Positions 8,173-15,743 of a stretch of 64,000 nt of DNA are shown piece after piece (the stretch's first letter is position 1; the number at the start of each line of letters is the position of its first letter). The notes below the pieces were generated by a model. The model was not told where the DNA came from, did no database searches, and saw nothing but the letters and a program-made list of their open reading frames with translations. The translations under genes were made by a program, and so were the position numbers. Source of the DNA: Acidobacteriota bacterium (GTDB taxonomy: Bacteria > Acidobacteriota > Vicinamibacteria > Vicinamibacterales > 2-12-FULL-66-21); the NCBI GenBank assembly GCA_016184105.1, contig JACPDI010000029.1, positions 7,905 to 71,904 on the forward strand, in the 5' to 3' direction.

Positions 8173-9915
8173 TCAGCTGAGTCTCTTCTGCGCAAACCGG
8201 GAGAGGACGACCGCAAGGAGGAAGAACAGGAGCCCTGCGGCGATGAGCCCGCCCGTTCCGTCGTGCAGGAAGGCCAGCGGCGCCAGCGCCTCGGCGCCGT
8301 CTGCTTCCGGAATGATCCCATTGCCGAACAGCACGGCGTAGAGGATACCTGCGATGGATCCGCCCGCGATCAGCCCGGAGCTGAACAGCGTGCCGGAGCT
8401 GACCTCGGACTCCTCGCGCGTGCCCGTCTTCTTTTCCACGTACGCACGGACGAGCCCGCCGGCGAAGATCGGCGCGGTCGTGGCGATCGGCAGGTAGGAG
8501 CCGACCGCGAACGACAGCGAATGGATCCCGCACAGCTCCAGCGTGATCGAGATGAACACGCCGACCAGCACGAGGCCCCACGGCAGGTTCTGGCTGAGGA
8601 GCCCCTTGATGATCGTGGACATCAGCGTCGCCTGCGGCGCGGGCAGCGCGTTGGAGCCCACCTGCATCACGCTGTGGAGGTACAGGGTCGTATAGCCGAT
8701 GATCAGCGCCGACACCAGCACGCCGATGACCAGGCCCGTCTGCTGATAAATCGGCGTGGCCCCGACGATGTAGCCGGTCTTCAGGTCCTGCGAGGTCGCG
8801 CCGGCGTTCGCCGCCGCGATGCAGACGATGGCGCCGACGCAGAGCGCGGCGGGCGCGTACGCATCGCCGGTCCATCCGAGCGCGACGAAAATCGTGCACG
8901 TGAGGATCAGCGTCGCGATCGTCATCCCCGAGATCGGATTGGACGAGGAGCCGATCAGCCCGACGATCCGCGACGACACCGTGACGAAGAAGAACCCGAA
9001 CACGATGACGAGGATGGACGCCAGGAAATTCCCCTGCGTGGGCATCCGCGGTGCCACGGCGAGGAACAGCGCCAGCAGCAGCGATCCGGCCAGGACAATC
9101 GTCAGCGGCAGGTCGCGTTCGGTGCGGGCCTTCACGACACCCGCCGACGCGGCGCCGAAGTCCTTCACGCTCTCCTTGAAGGACGCGATGATGGTCGGAA
9201 TCGTGCGGGCCAGCGTGATCAGGCCCGCCGCGAGGACGGCGCCGGCGCCGGTGTAACGGATATAGGCGCTCCACATCTGCCCCGGCGTCATCTGGTCGAG
9301 CCGCAGGCCGCTCGGCGGAACGGGGGGCAGCGGCACGGTCATGTGGTTGCCGAGGTAGGTGAGCAGCGGCAGCAGCACGAGCCACGACAGCACGCCGCCG
9401 GCGAACATCACGCCCGCAATGCGCGGGCCGATGACGTAGCCGACGCCCATGTACTCGGGCGAGATGTCGACGTTGAGCGTCGCGTTCGGGAAGAAGCTGG
9501 CACGCGGCATCGAGTAGCCGACCGCCGTCTGGAACACCTGGAAGATCCACGACAGCGCCTTCCAGAGCGCGCCGATGCCGAGGCCCTGGAACACCATGCG
9601 CGCCATCGAGCCGCCGCGCTTGCCCGCCACGAGCACGTCGGCGCACGCCGTGCCTTCGGGATACGGCAGCACGCCGTGCTCCTTCACGATGAGCGCCCGG
9701 CGCAACGGCACCATCATGAGCACGCCGAGGATGCCGCCGGCGAACGCCAGCATCGTGATTTGGAAGTAGTTGAAGTAGCCGGGCCCGAACGGCGTCAGGA
9801 AGATGAGTGCGGGAACGGTGAACACGACGCCCGCCGCCACGGATTCACCCGCCGATCCGATGGTCTGGACGATGTTGTTTTCAAGGATCGTCGATCCGCC
9901 GAGCTTCTTCAGCAC
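8173..9915 (-). CDS. OPT-family oligopeptide transporter, main body; the N-terminus is in another frame (see next feature)
   Basis: GSTILENNIVQTIGSAGESVAAGVVFTVPALIF is the hallmark OPT block. Multiple TM segments run throughout. Confidence 0.85.
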   Translation of the reverse strand: MLKKLGGSTILENNIVQTIGSAGESVAAGVVFTVPALIFLTPFGPGYFNYFQITMLAFAGGILGVLMMVPLRRALIVKEHGVLPYPEGTACADVLVAGKRGGSMARMVFQGLGIGALWKALSWIFQVFQTAVGYSMPRASFFPNATLNVDISPEYMGVGYVIGPRIAGVMFAGGVLSWLVLLPLLTYLGNHMTVPLPPVPPSGLRLDQMTPGQMWSAYIRYTGAGAVLAAGLITLARTIPTIIASFKESVKDFGAASAGVVKARTERDLPLTIVLAGSLLLALFLAVAPRMPTQGNFLASILVIVFGFFFVTVSSRIVGLIGSSSNPISGMTIATLILTCTIFVALGWTGDAYAPAALCVGAIVCIAAANAGATSQDLKTGYIVGATPIYQQTGLVIGVLVSALIIGYTTLYLHSVMQVGSNALPAPQATLMSTIIKGLLSQNLPWGLVLVGVFISITLELCGIHSLSFAVGSYLPIATTAPIFAGGLVRAYVEKKTGTREESEVSSGTLFSSGLIAGGSIAGILYAVLFGNGIIPEADGAEALAPLAFLHDGTGGLIAAGLLFFLLAVVLSRFAQKRLS

Positions 9916-10051
9916 CGAGATGGCCAGGACGACCGAGCAGGATGGCTTTGGGCGTGAACTCCGGCACTGCTTTCGCAGCCGGCACGTACGGCTGGAAGGC
10001 GCCGCTCTTCGTGGCGGTCACAGCCGGATTTGAAGGCGTTTGATGAGCCAT
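9881..10051 (-). pseudogene. Out-of-frame N-terminal fragment of the OPT transporter
   Basis: MAHQTPSNPAVTATKSGAFQPYVPAAKAVPEFTPKAILLG matches the usual OPT N-terminus. It is offset by one frame from the 8173..9915 body. The conserved first TM/SASIPAAV block seems to be missing between the two parts. Confidence 0.5.
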
Positions 10052-10087
10052 GTTCGCGGATTCTAGCACGCCTCATCTGCCAGCCCG

Positions 10088-11542
10088 TCAGGACACGTTC
10101 TTGAGAATTGCCACGAGAAACGCCCAGAAACGCGGCACCGTGTCGATGTGGATCTTCTCGTCCGGCGAATGGACCCCCTCGAGCGTCGGGCCGAAGGAAA
10201 CCATGTCCATGCCGGGGTATTTCTCGCCGATGATCCCGCACTCGAGGCCGGCGTGGACCGCCTTGATCTCAGGCGTCTTCTTGTACAGCTGCTCGTAGGT
10301 TGCGATCGCGAGCTTCAGGATGGGGGAGGCCATGTCCGGTTTCCATCCCGGGTACCCGTCCCCCTGCGTGACTTCCGCGCCCCCCATCTCCATGATCGTG
10401 CGCACGGTCCGGGCGATCTCCTCGATCTCTGATGCCACCGAGCTGCGCTGGCTGGTGGCGAGCGTCACCTTCCTGCCGGCCGTCGCGATCATGGCCACGT
10501 TGGTGGAAGTCTCGACGAGCCGGGAAATATCCGCGCTCATCTTCGTGACGCCGTGCGGCAGCGCCGCGATCACGCTGGTGATGTGCTTCTGGAACTTCTT
10601 CTTCATCACCGAGCCCTTCCGGCCTTTCGGTTCGGACGCGGTGACCTGCAGGTCCGGCTCGACGCTCTTCAACTCGGCGCGCAGCGCGTCGTTCCACCGC
10701 GAGACCAGGGCCTGCGCCCCGGCAGACTTCGCCCTCGGGACGTACATCACGGCCTGCGCCTCGCGCGGGATGGCGTTGCGCTTGTTGCCCCCCTCGATCC
10801 TGGCGAGCCGCGCGCCTTCGTCACCGAGCGCGATGAGCACGCGGTTGAGGATCTTCAGCGCGTTGCCGCGTCCCTTGTCGATCTCCAGCCCGGAATGTCC
10901 GCCTTTCAGGCCGCTGACGCGAACCTCAATCGCGGACGCGCCGGCCGGCGCCGCCTCGAACTCCACTCTCCAGGTGCCGGTCGTGTCCTTCCCACCCGAG
11001 CACCCCACGTAGAGCGCCCCTTCTTCCTCCGAGTCGAGGTTCATCAGGGTCTTGCTCTCGAGAAAGCCCGGCTCCAGGTGGTTCGCGCCGGTGAGGCCCG
11101 TCTCTTCATCGATCGTGAAGAGGAACTCGAGCGGACCGTGCTCCAGCGTCCTGTCTTCCATGATGGCCAGATTGGCTGCCACCGCAATGCCGTTGTCCGC
11201 GCCGAGCGTTGTCCCGTTGGCCATCAGGAAGTTGCCCTTGCGCACCAGCTCGATCGGGTCCTTGCCGAAGTCGTGGGCCTTGCCGGCGTTCTTCTCGCAC
11301 ACCATGTCGAGGTGCCCTTGCAGGCACACGCGCTTCGCGCGCTCGCGCCCGGGGGTCGCCGGCTTGCCGACGACGACGTTGCCGGAGCGGTCCTGTCTGG
11401 CGGAGAGCCCGAGTTTTCTGGCGGTATCGAGGACGAACTGCGCGGCGTTCTCTTCGTGCTTCGAACAGCGGGGAATCCGGGACAGCGCCGCGAAGTGCTT
11501 CCAGACAAGGGGCGGAGTCAATCCGTCGACTGCATTGGACAT
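10088..11542 (-). CDS. pepD: Aminoacyl-histidine (Xaa-His) dipeptidase, M20C family
   Basis: LTPPLVWKHFAALSRIPRCSKHEE..., GHLDMV, GADNGIAVA, FTIDEETGLTGA. ATG at 11542 is preceded by AAGGAG. The track ORF extends further upstream. Confidence 0.88.
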   Translation of the reverse strand: MSNAVDGLTPPLVWKHFAALSRIPRCSKHEENAAQFVLDTARKLGLSARQDRSGNVVVGKPATPGRERAKRVCLQGHLDMVCEKNAGKAHDFGKDPIELVRKGNFLMANGTTLGADNGIAVAANLAIMEDRTLEHGPLEFLFTIDEETGLTGANHLEPGFLESKTLMNLDSEEEGALYVGCSGGKDTTGTWRVEFEAAPAGASAIEVRVSGLKGGHSGLEIDKGRGNALKILNRVLIALGDEGARLARIEGGNKRNAIPREAQAVMYVPRAKSAGAQALVSRWNDALRAELKSVEPDLQVTASEPKGRKGSVMKKKFQKHITSVIAALPHGVTKMSADISRLVETSTNVAMIATAGRKVTLATSQRSSVASEIEEIARTVRTIMEMGGAEVTQGDGYPGWKPDMASPILKLAIATYEQLYKKTPEIKAVHAGLECGIIGEKYPGMDMVSFGPTLEGVHSPDEKIHIDTVPRFWAFLVAILKNVS

Positions 11543-11670
11543 GAAGAACTCCTTGCGGGATGAAGACGAGCTGTTCCGCACTCTATCACCACCGCCGAAC
11601 GCGCCGAACGCGCCGGCCCGCCGGAAAGCAGAGGTTTCTGCGTGTTCTGCAGCTTCCGTGGTGAAGGCTT

Positions 11671-11679
11671 TGCTAGAAT
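11671..11679 (+). promoter_or_regulatory. Extended -10 element (TGcTAGAAT) 9 nt upstream of the rex GTG
   Basis: TGCTAGAAT at 11671-11679, GTG at 11689, no SD between them. Confidence 0.35.
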
Positions 11680-11688
11680 CATGCGCTT

Positions 11689-12366
11689 GTGAAGCCGCGG
11701 AACAAGCAATCCCCGGCCCCATCGCGCGGGGCCCTGGAACAGGTGTCTGAACTGACGACCAATCGCCTGTCGGTCTATCTCAGGTGCCTGACGGAGCTCG
11801 AACACGCGGACGTGCGCAGCATCTCGTCGACGGCGCTTGCCGATCGGTTCGACCTCAACGCGGCGCAGATTCGAAAGGACCTGGCGTACTTCGGCGAATT
11901 CGGCACGCGCGGCGTCGGGTACCAGGTCAAGGACCTGCGCGCGCACCTGCGGCAGATCCTCGGGCTCGACCGCTCGATGCGCGTTGCGATCGTGGGAGCG
12001 GGGAACCTCGGGCTCGCACTGGCGGACTATCCCGGGTTCCGGCAGGACGGCTTCGAGATCGTGGCGCTGTTCGACGCGGACGAGCAGAAGGCCGGGCGCC
12101 ACTCGCGCTCGGGCGTGCCGATCCACGACGTCCGGCACCTGAAGGCCATCGTCCGGCGGGAACGCATCAGCATTGCCGTCATCGCGGTGCCCGCGGCCCC
12201 CGCGCAGGCGGTGGTGGACGCCGTGGCGGCGGCGGGCATCAGGGCCATCCTGAGCTTCTCTCCAGGCGCGCTGAAGGTGCCGCCCGAGGTCAAGCTCAAG
12301 AGCGTGGACGTGACGGTGTCGCTGGAGAGCTTGTCGTTCCACCTGGCGAGAGGGGAGACCGAGTGA
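11689..12366 (+). CDS. rex: Redox-sensing transcriptional repressor Rex
   Basis: RLSVYLRCL..., [35 protein letters not shown], and the Rossmann motif [10 protein letters not shown]. Confidence 0.9.
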   Translation: MKPRNKQSPAPSRGALEQVSELTTNRLSVYLRCLTELEHADVRSISSTALADRFDLNAAQIRKDLAYFGEFGTRGVGYQVKDLRAHLRQILGLDRSMRVAIVGAGNLGLALADYPGFRQDGFEIVALFDADEQKAGRHSRSGVPIHDVRHLKAIVRRERISIAVIAVPAAPAQAVVDAVAAAGIRAILSFSPGALKVPPEVKLKSVDVTVSLESLSFHLARGETE

Positions 12367-12842
12367 GCGTCAACAGGCCGAAGGCCGCACATGTGCTCAG
12401 TCACACGGATGATCGCGGGCGGGTGCGCATGGTGGACGTGGGCGAGAAGCCCGTCACGCCACGCGAGGCCGTGGCGAAGGGCGCGATCGCCATGTCGGCC
12501 GCCGCGCGTCGCGCGATTCGCCGGCGCGCCGTGAAGAAGGGGGATCCGCTCCCGGCGGCGCGCATCGCGGGCATCATGGCGGCCAAGCGGACGCACGAAC
12601 TGATTCCGCTCTGCCACCCGCTCCCGCTGACGCACGTGTCGGTCGACCTCACGGCCACCGCCCGCGGCTACGGCATCGAAGCGCGGGTGCGCACCACCGC
12701 GCAGACCGGCGTGGAGATGGAGGCGCTCACGGCGGTGGCCGTTGCCGCGCTCACGGTCTACGACATGCTGAAGGCGGTGGACAAGCGCATGAGGATCGGC
12801 CAGATTCGGCTCGTGAAGAAGAGCGGAGGGCAGTCTGATTGA
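12363..12842 (+). CDS. moaC: Cyclic pyranopterin monophosphate synthase MoaC
   Basis: [51 protein letters not shown]. The GTG at 12363 overlaps the rex stop (GTGA). Confidence 0.9.
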   Translation: MSVNRPKAAHVLSHTDDRGRVRMVDVGEKPVTPREAVAKGAIAMSAAARRAIRRRAVKKGDPLPAARIAGIMAAKRTHELIPLCHPLPLTHVSVDLTATARGYGIEARVRTTAQTGVEMEALTAVAVAALTVYDMLKAVDKRMRIGQIRLVKKSGGQSD

Positions 12843-12847
12843 TCCCC

Positions 12848-13831
12848 ATGCGCATCCTCATCTCCATCTACAGCGACATCTCGACCTGGAACATTCCCGA
12901 CGAAGAAGTTGCGCGGGTGCGGCGGGAGTTCCCGCGCGATGACGTGGTGCACGCGCGGGATGCCGCCGAGACGGTGGCGCTCGCCCGAGAGGCGGACGTG
13001 GCGTACTCGTCGCTGATCCACCGCGACGCGCTGGCTGCCGCCTCGAGGCTCCGATGGGTCCACAGCCCGGCGGCAGGCATCGGCAGCATGCTGTTTCCCG
13101 AGCTGATCGCGAGCCCGGTGATCCTGACCAACTCGCGCGGCCTGCACGGCGACGCGATGGCCGAGCACGTCATCGGGGTCACGATCGCGCTGCTGCGCAA
13201 GCTGCCGGAGGCGTTCGCACACCAGGGGGCGCACCGCTGGGGGCACGAGGCGATGGGCGCGGGGGAGCCGCTGCGCCTCGTCAAGGGATCGACGTTCGGC
13301 GTCATCGGTCTGGGCGCGATCGGGTCGGCGGTGGCGCGGATTGCATCCGCCATGGGCGCCACCGTCGAAGCGATTCGCCGCCATCCCGAGCACGGCGCGC
13401 CCGAGGGGGTCCACGCCATTTACGGGCCCTCGCAGCTCGCCGAACGGCTGCCGCAGTGGGACGTCGTGGTGCTCGCCGCCCCGCACACGCCAGAGACGCG
13501 CGGGCTCATCGGCGCGGCGCAGCTGTCGGTCATGAAACCGGGCGCCGTGCTGGTGAACGTCGGACGCGGCAAGCTCGTGAAGGAGGCAGACCTGGCCGCC
13601 GCGCTCGCTGCCAGGCGCATTCGTGCGGCCGCACTGGACGTCGTGGAGCACGAGCCGCTCGACCCCGCCAGCCCGCTGTGGGATCTGCCGAACGCGCTCA
13701 TCACGCCGCACGTCTCCGGCCTGCGCGCCGACCACTGGCCGCGCGCCACGGATCTCTTCATCGAGAACCTGCGACGATTCCAGGCCGGGCAGCCGCTCCT
13801 CAACGTCGTCGACAAGCGGAGCGGGTACTAG
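12848..13831 (+). CDS. D-isomer-specific 2-hydroxyacid dehydrogenase family protein
   Basis: NAD-binding GVIGLGAIGSAVARIA, VLVNVGRG, and catalytic-region ALDVVEHEPL...ITPHVSG. Confidence 0.85.
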   Translation: MRILISIYSDISTWNIPDEEVARVRREFPRDDVVHARDAAETVALAREADVAYSSLIHRDALAAASRLRWVHSPAAGIGSMLFPELIASPVILTNSRGLHGDAMAEHVIGVTIALLRKLPEAFAHQGAHRWGHEAMGAGEPLRLVKGSTFGVIGLGAIGSAVARIASAMGATVEAIRRHPEHGAPEGVHAIYGPSQLAERLPQWDVVVLAAPHTPETRGLIGAAQLSVMKPGAVLVNVGRGKLVKEADLAAALAARRIRAAALDVVEHEPLDPASPLWDLPNALITPHVSGLRADHWPRATDLFIENLRRFQAGQPLLNVVDKRSGY

Positions 13832-14071
13832 ACGAGAGGTTCTACACGAGAGGTTCTACACGAGAGGTTCTACACGAGAGGTTCTACACGAGAGGTTCTG
13901 CACGAGAGGTTCTGCACGAGAGGTTCTGCACGAGAGGTTCTGCACGAGAGGTTCTGCACGAGAGGTTCTGCCTGCACGAGAGGTTCTAGACGAGAGGTTC
14001 TACACGAGAGGTTCTACACGAGAGGTTCTGCACGAGAGGTTCTACACGAGAGGTTCTGCACGAGAGGTTTT
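13832..14071. repeat. Tandem array A: about 17 copies of a 14-bp unit, ACGAGAGGTTCT(A/G)C
   Basis: Units start at 13832, 13846 ... 13958, then a 4-nt slip (cctgc), then 13976 ... 14060. Two variants (..TAC and ..TGC) occur in blocks. The array starts at the stop codon of the dehydrogenase gene. Confidence 0.95.
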
Positions 14072-14112
14072 GGGACAGCGGACGTGGCGTCGATCGTGCT
14101 TGGGCAAGCGGC

Positions 14113-14505
14113 ATGGCGGTCTCCCAGTTCACGCAACTCATTGCATGGCAGCTCGCGGATCAACTTCGGGCCCAAGTGTTCGCATTTACTGCCAAAGAGC
14201 CCACTGCCAGGGATTTCAGATTCTGCCGCGATATTCGTGCATCCGCGGAATCGGCTCCGTCCAATACTGCTGAAGGATTTGCGCGCTTTCGCCCACTCGA
14301 GTTCCTCTACTTTCTCCGAATCGCTCGGGCATCGCTCGCCGAAACTCAAGATCATCTTCGTTCGGCGCTCCAATCGGACTACATCACACCTGACGGCTTC
14401 ACGGGAATGTGGCGCCTGGGGCGCCGCGCGATCATGGCGAACACGGGGCTGCAGCGGTACCTGACGAGGTGCATCGAAGAAGGCTGGGAGCCGGGGTTCG
14501 ACTGA
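14113..14505 (+). CDS. Four-helix-bundle protein (23S rRNA intervening-sequence protein / DGR Avd family)
   Basis: FTQLIAWQLADQL...RDIRASAESAPSNTAEGFARF...EFLYFLRIARASLAETQDHL is typical of the TIGR02436/PF05635 family. G+C is visibly lower than in the neighbours. Confidence 0.85.
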   Translation: MAVSQFTQLIAWQLADQLRAQVFAFTAKEPTARDFRFCRDIRASAESAPSNTAEGFARFRPLEFLYFLRIARASLAETQDHLRSALQSDYITPDGFTGMWRLGRRAIMANTGLQRYLTRCIEEGWEPGFD

Positions 14506-14526
14506 AACAGACGGTTCGAGACGACG

Positions 14527-15605
14527 GGGTGTCCGGAATTTCGTGTGTGGGGCATAACATGAGGAGTCCATATGCCCCGCAGACGGAAAGCCTTGATGCC
14601 TGACGCGCCGCTGGCGCCCGTCCCCTCGGAAATCCTCGACCAGTTCGTGCGCCAGGGGCCGATCTCCGTGGAGGAGCTTGATGCCGCCGTGCGCCGATTC
14701 AAGAAAGCGATCATCGAGCGCGCGCTGGGCGGCGAGCTGACGCACCACCTCGGGTACGCCCGGTGGCGACAAGCCGGACGACACCGCGAATCATCGAAAT
14801 GGGACCGGCGGCAAGACGGTCCTGACCGATGATGGTCCGCTCCCGATCGATGTGCCGCGCGATCGCGACGGCACCTTTGAGCCGCGGCTGGTCGCGAAAC
14901 ACGAGCGCCGCTTCACGGGGTTCGACGACAAGATCCTGGCGCTGTATGCGGGCGGGATGACGGTGCGAGAAATCCAAGGGTTCCTCGCCGAGATGTACGG
15001 CACGGAGGTCTCGCCCGATCTGATCAGCACGGTGACCGACGGCATCATGGCTGAGGTCACCGCCTGGCAAAGCCGGCCGCTCGGGCGCCTGTATCCGGTC
15101 GTGTTCTTCGACGCGCTGCGGGTGAAGATTCGCGACGAAGCGACGGTCCGGAGCAAGGCGATTTATCTGGCGCTCGCGGTGCTGCCCGATGGCACGCGGG
15201 ACATCCTCGGCCTCTGGATCGAGCAGACCGAAGGCGCCGAATTCTGGATGAAGGTCTTCAGCGATCTCAAGACACGCGGCTGCCAGGACATCCTCATCGC
15301 GGTCACCGATGGGCTCAAAGGGATGAGCGAGGCGCTCGCCGCGGTATTTCCCGAGACGACGCTGCAAACGTGCATCGTGCACCTAATCCGGCACAGTCTG
15401 GATTTCGCGAATTGGAAAGAGCGCAAGCCGATGGCGATGGCGCTGCGGCCCATCTACACGGCGGTGAACGCCGAGGCCGCGAGTGCCGCGCTGGACGAGT
15501 TCGAGCGGGGTCCGTGGGGCCGAACATTCCCGACCGTCGTGGCGTTCTGGCGCCGCGCCTGGACGTCCATCATTCCGTTCTTCGCATTTCCCCTCGACGT
15601 CCGGC
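14527..15605 (+). mobile_element. IS256-family insertion-sequence remnant with a possible left end and no right end
   Basis: It contains the transposase pseudogene. GGGGTGTCCGGAATTTCGTGTGTGGGG, about 45 nt upstream of the ATG, resembles an IS256-type terminal repeat (weak recollection). Homology stops where array B begins. Confidence 0.6.
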
Positions 15606-15613
15606 CGTCTTGA
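14572..15613 (+). pseudogene. IS256-family (mutator-type) transposase, frameshifted near 14760 and 3'-truncated
   Basis: The first part, MPRRRKALMPDAP...ALGGELTHHLGY, is in one frame. The continuation PGGDKPDDTANHRNGTGGKTVLTDDGPLPIDVPRDRDGTFEPRLV...DGLKGMSEAL...FFAFPLDVR is in another. The usual C-terminal roughly 100 aa are absent. Confidence 0.85.
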
Positions 15614-15730
15614 GCCTTTCGTCTTGAGCCTTTCGTCTTGAACCTTTCGTCTTGAACCTTTCGTTGTGAACCTGTTGTCTTGAACCTGTCGTTTTGAACC
15701 TGTCGTTTTGAACCTGTCGTTTTGACCTGC
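15606..15730. repeat. Tandem array B: about 9 copies of a 14-bp unit, CGTCTTGA(G/A)CCTTT drifting to CGTTTTGAACCTGT
   Basis: Units start at 15606, 15620 ... 15718. The reverse complement of the array A unit ((T/C)AGAACCTCTCGTG) matches the B unit TTGAACCTTTCGTC at 11 of 14 positions. The two arrays are therefore inverted relative to each other. Confidence 0.9.
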
Positions 15731-15736
15731 TATTGT
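15708..15736 (+). promoter_or_regulatory. Promoter TTGAAC-N17-(TGc)TATTGT, 7 nt upstream of the ATG
   Basis: The -35 TTGAAC (15708-15713) is part of the last full array B unit. The extended -10 TGCTATTGT is at 15728-15736. The ATG is at 15744. Confidence 0.4.
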
Positions 15737-15743
15737 TCTTCCA

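Noticed and set aside
11685-11706. Possible Rex operator TTGTGAAgccgcgGAACAAg overlapping the rex start codon
   Set aside because: Only the left half-site matches the TTGTGAA...TTCACAA consensus. The right half is poor, and I cannot score it. I kept it only as a weak autoregulation hypothesis.
13832-14071. Whether the 14-bp arrays (also 15606-15730) could be a CRISPR array
   Set aside because: The units are directly adjacent with no spacers. The period is 14 bp rather than about 60-70 bp. No cas genes are nearby. These are tandem satellites, not CRISPR.
14113-15613. A diversity-generating retroelement, because the four-helix-bundle protein is Avd-like
   Set aside because: There is no reverse transcriptase ORF in the window. 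I saw no roughly 100-bp template/variable repeat pair with adenine-specific mismatches. The adjacent ORF is an IS256 transposase, not an RT.
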